This document shows positions 1-9,446 of a stretch of DNA of 31,972 bases, in pieces; position 1 is the stretch's first letter, and each line of letters starts with the position of its first letter. This DNA comes from Asterionella formosa (lineage: Eukaryota): NCBI GenBank assembly GCA_002256025.1, contig NKIB01010224.1:62001-93972 (forward strand), given 5' to 3'. The translations under genes were made by a program, and so were the position numbers. Below the pieces are notes generated by a model. It made no database searches and was not told the origin of the DNA. It saw nothing but the letters and a program-made list of their open reading frames with translations.

Positions 1-183
1 CTGGACAAGATAGACTTGCTGGTCATTCCAGTCTCTCTTCTTTCTTCAATGTTATACTATTATCATTCATTAAATCAAACTCGTGTTCTGATCATCGAAA
101 TCGTGTTCACCTACTACTCCTGGTAATGGTATTCAGGAACTGTATGACAATTTGCTACTGGAATTCACCAATCAGTAGCTACC

Positions 184-266
184 TTCTAGTCATAGTCAGC
201 AGTTTCTAGTTGTAGTCAGCAAATTCTCATCGCTTTCAGCAGATTTCTAGTCGTATCGCTCAGCAA
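184..266. repeat. Degenerate ~20-bp tandem repeat (about 4 units, TTCTAGTxxTAGTCAGCAR-like)
   Basis: Units read ttctagtcatagtcagcag / tttctagttgtagtcagcaa / attctcatcgctttcagcag / atttctagtcgtatcgctcagcaa. Confidence 0.6.
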
Positions 267-2498
267 TCATAAACAAAAGATTCATTTTGAAAATTTTAAT
301 CGACTATTAATCGACATTCAAACGAAATTTCATTTGACCTACAGATTACTGTAGTGTAGTGTGCTGCGTTCTGTAAAAGTGTCACATCTGTTCATAACTT
401 TGTCGTTTTGAAGTGTGCATCATCATCTAAACTACATCAAGCAATGCATAGTTTGGCAACTTCAATTTTCGTTCTCAATATTAGTTTTATTACAATTATT
501 TTTGTAGGATTGTATTATTAATGTGTGTTAGATATATTTACCAGATACCATAGCATCATTTTCATTTTCCATGGAGAATTTTTTTCTTTTCGACAGGTCA
601 AGGCAGAGATAGCATGATGCAGGATTCTCCAGCTGCGCTCAAGAAAAAATCAAGAACTACACTGTAGTGTTTTATATCTGTAGTAGCTAGCTTGTTGATC
701 AGTTAGTATGCCAGACAATTTTTCATCTACTTTACAAACAGATATGAAACATTGAGAAAATAATACCTAGGAAAGGGTGCAGTAGCTCAAAATGCAAAAT
801 AATACCATAACTTATTTGACTTTTATGTATGTACTTCATTTCGTGGGGGTTCATATTCATATGGAATCTTGATTAAGTCATTTCGAAGTTACCTATAGAT
901 ATACACAATTACATGCAACAATATGTTGCTTTTTCCTTAGGGGACTTTGATGCTAAAATGCAAATTCTAATTCCCCCAACCAATGGTTTGTGCATTTTCA
1001 GACACTTTCATGCTCAAAAATTGTATTCTTTCTTGTGGACAAACAGAGGCTATCCCCATAGTGATGTATATGGTTTACTATGCATATAGGGTTGCCAGTA
1101 TCCTTGATCATATTTTTTTCCTGTAGACCTTGGTACCAGGGTACTTCCGCTCAGTATTTTGTAATGTCAGGGCATTATTTTTCGGCTTCACTTGGATGTA
1201 GCATGACAGTTTGTAGTCCATCCATGAAACTGACTGTCACCTCATTGAATGTAAAGTCGCACATTTCTATCAACCCTCTGATGCCAAAAGCTTTGCTCAT
1301 TTTCCATACCATGCATGGACTTGAGGCAATCATCATAATTGAGGTAAGGCTGCATCCAGAGTGCTTGTAGCTTCCTATCTTTTTCTTGAGTGAACAGCAG
1401 CAACACCATGGGTTTGTGACCATATTCCAATGGATAGTGCTTGGCAGTGATTGTTGCCATAATTTATAAAGTATGCTTGAATCTCACCATCACCATTGAA
1501 ATCCTGTGACAGTGAGTATGGTATGCCTTGATAGGAGAAGCATTAGAAGAGATCTTTCAGCATGGTTTGGGCGGTGTTTGGTTGATACATTACCGCGTTG
1601 CGACGGCTTTGTCAGAAGCACTTTCAAGGATGAACAGCAATTTTTCTTGAAGAATTTGGTTGCAAACCAAATGACAACAGTGTTGATTATGTCTTTGGTG
1701 GCATTATTTCAAAAGCCACAGCAATGTAGATAGAATCGACAGACTGGCTGGTTTTGATTCTCCAGATCCTGTTCCATTGATGCAAGCAAGCCCAAACAAG
1801 GTTTGATTTTTGGCAAGGGTTTCAAAAAACTTGATTCAATGATGGTAAGTGCCTTGGTGTATCTGTTTGTGTTGTGCAACAGGTTCCTAGTAGCATTTGT
1901 TTGTGTAGTAGGTGGCAAGCATGAGCTCCAGCATGAGTAGCAACAATGGCAGCAGCTCTTCGTAGTACCTTGAATCAGAATCAGATGTCATGCTGCTGTT
2001 GCAATCATCAGAATCACGACAATCAACAGAGCTGGGGCTATCAATATCAGAGTTGTGTATTGCTACAACATTGGAAGAGTTCACAACTGTAGATACATAG
2101 CTGCAATTTTGAGTGATGGAATCAAAATGGAAGCACAATGATGCAACAATCAACAACAAATGTATCTATCATCTACTTCCTCATTGTTTCCATCAATGGC
2201 TACTTCGGGAATACTGGAAGTCTTTGCAGCAATCTCAATTTGCTCCAATAAAACTAAAGCATGTAAAAAAGAAATTATTAGAAAATGAAATCGAAAGTAC
2301 CGTCATCAAAGAAGCATACAACAATCGCTAGCTCAAAACATGCAGCAGCTACTTTTAAGGACAGGAAGCCAACCAGCTAGAACAAAGGCATTGATGAAGC
2401 CCTCCCAAAAAAGAGCGAAGTAGGAGGAAAATATATTGTGAAAGTGAGTACAAGTACACTAACTAGTAAATGGAAATAGAAGGAATAACAGTCTTACA

Positions 2499-3521
2499 TT
2501 ATTCTGTCACCATTGAATCAAAGTAAATAACTTCATTTCGACCCTCAAATCGCAAAGTATCTTGTCGCAATCGGCTATCTTTCTCAAGGAGATACTGGCA
2601 AAATTCAGAATGCGTGACTACGGCAGAACCATTTTTAAGTTGCCGACAAGGGAAAAACGAAGGAAAGACGCAGCAGGGGACAATTGCGACAGACTTGTTG
2701 TACGTCAAGGCCACTTGCAGGATATCTTCAGTGCATTCATCAGGATGTAGTCCAATCAAGCAACATGATTGCTGGATTCGATCGTGCTCTTTCTGTACAA
2801 AATCAAGTCGATCAAATGCCTTCGAAAGATGGTCTGGTAAAGGAGCCTTGACCTTGTCAATTCGTTTCAACTCTTTTTTCGGAAAATGTCGTTTACGGAG
2901 CAGAGGGTCGATGAGGGTGCATCGTATGTTTCCCATGACGGCTAGTTCCACCGATAGTTGCCCCTTGCCACCAGCTATATCTAATACTCCATGTTTCGAC
3001 AAATGTTCGAGTCCAAACGTTTCTATAATCCACGCAGCAAATATTTTGGCTCGAAGTCCTTTGGCTTTATGGTCGCCATGACACGCATCAATTTCTTCAA
3101 TTCGTTTCGACACTGACAGTGATGTCGTTCTGTCTACTCGTGACCGCTCTGTTCTGGAAGGAGGAAATTGTCGATGCACACTTTGAAAATCATTGCCTCG
3201 TTCGCGTAGATAGGTGGCATACATGACGCCTCCCCCAGTCTGTGTGGCGATTTGTTGCGCTTTACGCCTTGGGTGCTCCAACACCTCCCAGGAGTGAACC
3301 TCGCCGTTTCCCAGCAGCGTCATACGTACTGTGGCTCGATAGGGCAGCGCCGATGCAGTGATAGGGAAGGAATCGTCGCCATTCCATGACGGTGAGGTAC
3401 GCCGAAAGGCCACTTGAATAATTTCGTCAGAGTCTTCTTTCAGCACATCCGCAAAGGCCAAGAACTTTCCTAGTGATCGACGTCGAACGATTGCTCCTCT
3501 GAGTTCATGTGTCTCTGTCAT
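2499..3521 (-). CDS. Putative SAM-dependent (RNA) methyltransferase with N-terminal OB-fold-like domain, 340 aa
   Basis: Single-exon ATG-TAA ORF. SAM motif I VLDIAGGKG. GLHPDECT...VPCCVFP resembles the GxHxD...PCC motifs of Trm44/Methyltransf_32-type enzymes. N-terminal LRGAIVRRRSLGKFLAFADV resembles the start of an anticodon-binding OB fold. Confidence 0.8.
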   Translation of the reverse strand: MTETHELRGAIVRRRSLGKFLAFADVLKEDSDEIIQVAFRRTSPSWNGDDSFPITASALPYRATVRMTLLGNGEVHSWEVLEHPRRKAQQIATQTGGGVMYATYLRERGNDFQSVHRQFPPSRTERSRVDRTTSLSVSKRIEEIDACHGDHKAKGLRAKIFAAWIIETFGLEHLSKHGVLDIAGGKGQLSVELAVMGNIRCTLIDPLLRKRHFPKKELKRIDKVKAPLPDHLSKAFDRLDFVQKEHDRIQQSCCLIGLHPDECTEDILQVALTYNKSVAIVPCCVFPSFFPCRQLKNGSAVVTHSEFCQYLLEKDSRLRQDTLRFEGRNEVIYFDSMVTE

Positions 3522-3648
3522 ATCAAATGAGATTCAGGGCGTGAATTTTGGGCGTTTCACAATGTGGTACAGATATGGCCATTTGTGTACATTTGGTGAA
3601 TATTAGAACCATCCTCATTGAGCGTCCATAATAAGTGGTCTACCGATA

Positions 3649-3879
3649 TACCGGTACATGTACCGGGAAAAGTATCGTGAATATAACACCATACAAAAGA
3701 AGATTATGTTGGCCTACCGGTACCGCTATCAGTCGCCCAAGGAAACAACGCGACCCGAAGTCGGCAAATGACGATGGAAACGAAGAAAGCAAACAAATGA
3801 AAGATTCCGGTATTCATTTTGGGAATCACATACCAGTATACCGGTATACCGGTACACTACCGTACATGTGATACCGGTA
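3649..3879. promoter_or_regulatory. Cluster of five TACCGGTA palindromes upstream of the methyltransferase gene
   Basis: TACCGGTA at 3649, 3715, 3839, 3847 and 3872; function inferred only from position. Confidence 0.5.
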
Positions 3880-3959
3880 GCTAATACAGGAGATAAGAAT
3901 TATTTTAAGTACTTACACATTATAGAACCTCGACTAAGCAATGGATGTGGAGTTTGTTG

Positions 3960-4970
3960 GGTCAGATCAGGGTGTGCAGCTCCCTATAAAACATGTGAAT
4001 TTAAAGAGGAGTGTTGGGGCAGCATGGTGCAGTGTGGATGGTAAGGAATTAATGGATTGAGCCCTGACAGAATTGATCTTGTCAAAGGAGTGCAGTGAGG
4101 CTGGAGTGACCTGTGAGGTAAGGAGCAGGCCGGGCTTCCATAGCTGAAGGGGATTGGAGTAAGTGATGGATGGATGGACTCCATAGAGGGGTCCTCCCCA
4201 TTCATTGACTGGAACTTTCTGTTTTGATCCATAAGCAACAATGATGATATCAGCCATTAGGCAGTGGGTGTAGGAGGCTTTCATAGCAACAACAGTAGCT
4301 CCATGAACAAATGAGATGCATTACGACCATTGATCCATAGCATAGACTCTCAGATTGCTAGGGAGAGGAGGGCAGGTCCATTGCTGTGTGGGACTAAAGT
4401 GAGAGCTGGGGGTGCATTGGCCATGATAAATATACATGTCCATTAAGGGCATGATTCCAGCTGATCAGCGTATGGGAATTGAAGGCTGCTAAAGCAGCAA
4501 CAGCAAGAGAATCACTTGTGATTGGGTCTGGGAAAGGCCACTGAGCGAGGAGAGATCACATGCTTCGAAGGCATGAATCCTGAATTCCAGGGCGAACGCC
4601 AGAATATCCGGGGTTAAAGTTTTTTGATATGGTGCAAGAGAGCGATCCATTTGGTGGTCTGGAAAGCTTGAGAGTGGGAGCATTGAAGAATATGATCATG
4701 AGTTTCTGGAACCTGCATGCATTGAGGGCAGAGGGGAGAGTCGACTTCATTGCAATGGTAAAGAGGGCGGTTAGTGGGTCACTCTCCATTTGCCAACTTA
4801 AATAGAACCAGGTATTGACTATAGGCGGCGATATGTTTGCCAGTATGATGAGCGAAAGATTTCCAGTTGACAGATTGGAATAAATCGTAGTACCAGTCAA
4901 ATTCATTTGTATAGTAGTGAAGCTGGCAGGGTTGATGATAAACAGTAAGTGTGGTAACAGCCAGCATGTC
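3960..4970 (-). mobile_element. Decayed non-LTR retrotransposon (LINE) fragment, 3' part of ORF2
   Basis: Minus-strand reading across stops gives VNWKSF...FKLANGE*PTN...SPLCPQCMQVPETHDHILQC (C-terminal LINE CxxC-E-H-C zinc knuckle, 4680-4730), then ISWNHALNG. Multiple stops and frameshifts, CpG-poor. Boundaries approximate. Confidence 0.7.
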
Positions 4971-4973
4971 AGA

Positions 4974-4987
4974 GGTTAGGGTTAGGG
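4974..4987 (+). repeat. Short interstitial telomere-like repeat GG(TTAGGG)2
   Basis: ggttagggttaggg seen directly. Confidence 0.4.
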
Positions 4988-5723
4988 ACTTATGAGATTG
5001 TTGTTAGAAAAGCTCTGATTTTAATTCCATCCTTGGCATTGCACATCACACATTGAGATCCTTTTCTTTGGAGTTCTCATCTGTTGGCACGAACCTCCTT
5101 TCCATTGGTGTAAATATAGTTGTCTGGTTCGCAGGCTTCTTGAAATCGGGATGCACCATTTGATTCATTGGACTTTAGTGACTCAATCCTTGTGATTCGT
5201 GATAGCCATTGATGCTATTTTCTTGACAAAAACTACCTAGATTATTTGGAGAAAGTGCTCTCTTGTTGGGATATTTCCCAAATCAATTTTCCAGTTTAGT
5301 GTTGGCAATTGAGGGAGGGGCCAACCTAAATTTTAGTAATATCCCAAGGTTGTTTTTGGACTGCCATTACAAAGACTTTATAAAAAGTGGTGGCTTGCCT
5401 TAATATGAATACTAGTATCTCCTTTGCTATTTTATCAGAAACCAGAACTCACCATGAGAAAGCAGAGAAAGGAACAGAGAATCTGTGAAGCAATAGTGTG
5501 TCTGTCCAAGCTGCAACTTTGCAATATCTAAGACAAACTTGCAGGTTTTAAGTCCAGCTTGGAATTGACGTTGATTGGAGTCGAGAGTCCTCTACCTACA
5601 TCTAAAACATGCCTCCCAAAGAAGGAGCAAAGACAGGATGCGATGATCCCTACAGGCTGGTTCAGTCAGGGAACTACTACAAAAAGCTAGTACCTTATGT
5701 ATTATTAAAATACAGTATGGAGC

Positions 5724-8708
5724 CTATTTGAAATTCTTTGAAAATATTCGACAACCATTTGCACCAGAGTCCAGTACCATGACGCGTTGCAAGGTTTGAA
5801 CTCCAACATTATCAATGCAGTTTGTTCCCAGCATGCATTTGATATCTTGTATGGACTGTTCACCAGGAGGAAAAAAGACCAGTGCACTACGACCCTCTGT
5901 AGTCGGCATGGATATGAAGTACGACCCAGGTTCAATCAAACAAACGCCAGTATCAGGAAAGATTTGTGCAGGTGCTCTTGGTACTAATTTGATCAACATT
6001 TTTGCGCAAGAGAAGTGCACGTCAAAAGAACTCTCATCGTTGTGTGCCTCTTGCTTTCGGTGAATGATACCCTGAAGGCGAGCTTTCAAGAAGGCCTGCA
6101 TTTCAATAGGGAAGCACTTTGGAAGAATTCCTTTATGAGCTGCTGGCAATGTGGATGCAAAGGTGGTCAAAGAGGTCATGCCCTCTGACGCAATGGGCCA
6201 AAGGTTTAACAGAAGGATATTTTTGAAGGTGGAAGCAATCGTTTGAACAATTTCACTTGGGCAATTTGCTCGGATGATGGAACCAATCTTTCCAAGGAAA
6301 GATACGATTTCCAGAGCTAGCAACAGAGCTTGCCTTTGACTATCGCGCATCAGCTTCCCCAGCATTAGAGAGCACATGGACATTGACTCAACCACTGAAT
6401 TCACAACTTGTTGTGATGTAGCACGAGCTCCAGTGTAAGATACTCCTGATCCCAGCAGTTTCAGGGTTGAGAAAACAACACTGATTTTACTGCTTCTTAG
6501 AGAACGTCGCGAGTGCTGTTTTGCATGCAGCAGAAACCACTCCGAGATCAGAAGAAGTAGACTTTCAGACTCTGAACCAGATGTAAACGCAAGTTTTCCG
6601 GTAGTTTCCTCTAGTTCATGGATATTCACTCCACTGCTGCGCTCAACGAATAAACCGGACATATATGCCATGACCAACGCTACCTCCACAGGATGACTCT
6701 TGCCGATCCCGAAGGCCCCGTGCATTCCGAGTTCCTCAGTACTGGCGAGTCTACTCTCACCGAGCTGTCTGCGGATAGTGCAAAATCTTTCCCTAAGGTA
6801 TGAGTTTTCGCAACGTTTTACACATTGCAGTACAGAGCAAATAATAAGAACGTTGTCTACCCCAAATTGATCAAAGCTAAAGCAAGTATCTTTTGTCGCG
6901 TCAATTCGTTTCCGTTTTCTTCTTGTCGCTGCTGCTTCTTTCTTCATCACACTTGCAAGATGTTCCGCAACCATAGATTGAGCTGTTCTTTGGCATCGTC
7001 CTGATGCGGATCCTCCACACTCTATGAGCATTCGAATCAGCAAACCAGCAACATTCTCTCTATGGAGGCGCTGTGTTCTTGGATCAAATAATATTGACGT
7101 CAAAGCTCCAAGGAAAAGGCGAGACTGGTCACTACTATCGGGTGCCATCTGCACGGCACGGGGCGATTCCGCACTTTGTGAGGGAACGGAATACAAAAAG
7201 TGGCAATACTGGAGAATGGATGATAGCAATAATTCACGAGTCGAAGGGTGTAGTCGCATCGTCGTTGAAGGGGCCAGCCATTTCAATATGACACCGTGGA
7301 GGTGTCGCCGACTAAGCGGTATCGCCTTCCGTATTGTATAGACTTCAACCTGAGCCAAGACACTAGAAATCAGTCGGATCGATTTCGATAGGAGTGAATA
7401 GAATTCGTTGCTGTTCGAATTACTATCGCTTGTATTGGGGAAATATTCAAAGCACAGAGGAATCGTCGAGAAGATTATGTCTTGACAGACAAGCAATTGA
7501 AGCTCAGAATCGGCGCCATCGATGGAAGGAATCTCTAAGATTTGGTGCAATGTCAAAAGCTTGCCGAGAAAGAATGATCGGAGTTCACGAGATTTATTTG
7601 CAGTGCTTTTGGATGCAGCGAGAAGTTGCTTGACAAAATGAGCCTGAAGTTTGCCTTCGTCACAGGATATTGCCTTTAGAATGCACTGTTCAGCCTTCTT
7701 CTCGAGATGGGCGTACTGCTGAAGGACAACTTGATCTTGTTGGTTCAGATCTGGATTATGCAGCTGATTTGTCACCGCCAACCTAATTCCAAAGATTCTG
7801 CAGGTCATGCAAGACATCATTTCCAACGTCGTCGAATCGTCGTCTTCAAATTGGATTGTTTTTAAATAAATCGGAAGTAAAATAGACAAACGAGCCACAA
7901 GAAAGGATAGCACTTTGATGTGAAAGAAATGCGCTTTGTTTTCGTGACATGAGTTCCGCTCCTTTCGCTGTTTCAGATATTCCAATAACGACAAAGTACA
8001 TTGACGTTCTCCTTCAGCGAGGTATGTTACCAAGGCCATAAGTGTCTCTTTGGCTAATTCCTGAGTTAAACTGTCTAGACGGCAGCCCACATCGCATATG
8101 CCCTTCCAAAGAGGAGCAAGCAAAAAAGGCATATACGATACATATGGGTTGATAATTCGAACTAATGCTGCAACAGCAAAAGATCCTACAATGTTGCGGT
8201 CCAATCGGTCTATCGGGATAAGGTTCTCATCTTTGCATGTCAGTGTCGTCGATGAAAAATTGTCATCTGTTGTCACTTGAAGCAACGCACAAATAGACTC
8301 CGATAGCCCTTGAAGCAGCGCCGTTACCATGTTGTTGTATTCTCGTGGCGGAACTAATTCCTGCTTAGAAGCTGATTCCAGTACCAGATGAACGAAGCTG
8401 ATAACAACCGACACCTGCTTGAGGTACAGCATCGTAGAGGCTCCTGATATAGCCTTGGAAAGGCTCCGAAGATTCACGGAGTGAAGGATTTCGCACTCTG
8501 TTCGCAATTGGTCCGAACTGATTGGCTGTTCCAGCAATCGCTGCACATGCTTGGAGACTATTTGCTTGCTACTGCAGGCTCGTCGAAGGCACTGCGACAA
8601 AGATAATTTTTCCTGACCGACTCGCTCGTCGAAATCCGTTGCCAATATGCTGAGCATGCTGCTTCCATTGCTGTCGCTGTCCGACATGATTTGTGCTCCT
8701 GGGGACAT
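5724..8708 (-). CDS. Large alpha-helical (ARM/HEAT-like) protein, ~995 aa; possible FIRRM/C1orf112/FLIP (DUF4487) family
   Basis: 3.1-kb open frame. First in-frame ATG is 8708 (alternative 8687); the ORF-track start at 8822 is TTG. Leu-rich helical composition, NLS-like RRKRKR. PLWKGI and C-terminal LWPIASEGMTSLTTFAST recall the DUF4487 W...a..AF..FA..T motif. The CDS is secure; the family call is tentative (~0.4). Confidence 0.75.
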   Translation of the reverse strand: MSPGAQIMSDSDSNGSSMLSILATDFDERVGQEKLSLSQCLRRACSSKQIVSKHVQRLLEQPISSDQLRTECEILHSVNLRSLSKAISGASTMLYLKQVSVVISFVHLVLESASKQELVPPREYNNMVTALLQGLSESICALLQVTTDDNFSSTTLTCKDENLIPIDRLDRNIVGSFAVAALVRIINPYVSYMPFLLAPLWKGICDVGCRLDSLTQELAKETLMALVTYLAEGERQCTLSLLEYLKQRKERNSCHENKAHFFHIKVLSFLVARLSILLPIYLKTIQFEDDDSTTLEMMSCMTCRIFGIRLAVTNQLHNPDLNQQDQVVLQQYAHLEKKAEQCILKAISCDEGKLQAHFVKQLLAASKSTANKSRELRSFFLGKLLTLHQILEIPSIDGADSELQLLVCQDIIFSTIPLCFEYFPNTSDSNSNSNEFYSLLSKSIRLISSVLAQVEVYTIRKAIPLSRRHLHGVILKWLAPSTTMRLHPSTRELLLSSILQYCHFLYSVPSQSAESPRAVQMAPDSSDQSRLFLGALTSILFDPRTQRLHRENVAGLLIRMLIECGGSASGRCQRTAQSMVAEHLASVMKKEAAATRRKRKRIDATKDTCFSFDQFGVDNVLIICSVLQCVKRCENSYLRERFCTIRRQLGESRLASTEELGMHGAFGIGKSHPVEVALVMAYMSGLFVERSSGVNIHELEETTGKLAFTSGSESESLLLLISEWFLLHAKQHSRRSLRSSKISVVFSTLKLLGSGVSYTGARATSQQVVNSVVESMSMCSLMLGKLMRDSQRQALLLALEIVSFLGKIGSIIRANCPSEIVQTIASTFKNILLLNLWPIASEGMTSLTTFASTLPAAHKGILPKCFPIEMQAFLKARLQGIIHRKQEAHNDESSFDVHFSCAKMLIKLVPRAPAQIFPDTGVCLIEPGSYFISMPTTEGRSALVFFPPGEQSIQDIKCMLGTNCIDNVGVQTLQRVMVLDSGANGCRIFSKNFK

Positions 8709-9269
8709 CACCCAGTCAAACACACTCGTCGTTTTCTGTTCTGATCTTATCGATGGCGGAGGTACACTATACTTAGTCACAGCAGTAGCAGAGCGGAACA
8801 GAAAGAATCGTCTCGGCAGCAATCGAACTTGGAACTATCGCGCTCAGCAACAGAATAAGTTGCTGTATTACTAGACTCTATGTTGCCCAACGGGGGCGAG
8901 ACGAGGCGACTTCAAAACAGAATGATATTCCTGATTAGAAGATTCCGCCGCCATCCGTGGACAAGTACATGGCTGATGGACTTGCTTCTTTCATTCTCGT
9001 CGTCATTTGTACTGAATATTTCATAAAATATTACGGTATGCGTATGTAGGATTAAGTACTATTTATACGGAATATATACCGGTATATTACTGACATTCTT
9101 GTAGCTAAAAATAGTGTAACTCTATGCAAGTAAATATATCCGGTGGGGTTCCTATTACGCACATACACAGGGAGTGTCAGCACAGCCATACGTACTAAAA
9201 GGAAGGTATCAGATACTCCCCAGATAGTACGTGTTGTGATGATATTGTCACGGACTAGCGGCCAGGCGT

Positions 9270-9280
9270 GGCGCGCCAAA
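9270..9280. promoter_or_regulatory. E2F-type element GGCGCGCCAAA (TTTGGCGCGCC) upstream of MCM7
   Basis: Matches the E2F consensus TTTSSCGC; about 170 bp upstream of the MCM7 ATG; identical copy upstream of TIPIN. Confidence 0.6.
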
Positions 9281-9446
9281 TTTTCTTCATTGCATCGCTC
9301 ATCTGTCGTGATGACTTCTTTTATGTAGACTACCTGGTACTAAAATAAGAGCTATATATATGTCCCGGTAGTTATCAAGACTGGGTGGATCCGAGCCTAA
9401 GACATCATTCGGCAGCCCAAACCAATTACAGAAACGTCAATCGAGC

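Noticed and set aside
339..683. Possible MITE with termini ctacagattactgtagtgtagt and actacactgtagt...atctgtag
   Set aside because: The inverted match is short and gapped, and no target-site duplication is evident
1080..2331. Short ORFs (69-96 aa) on both strands
   Set aside because: No recognisable motifs; they lie in CpG-poor decayed sequence with frequent stops
8870..9007. Short minus-strand ATG-initiated frames upstream of the 1000-aa gene as a possible first exon
   Set aside because: Each stops within 30 codons, and I could not find a convincing donor/acceptor pair joining them to the main ORF
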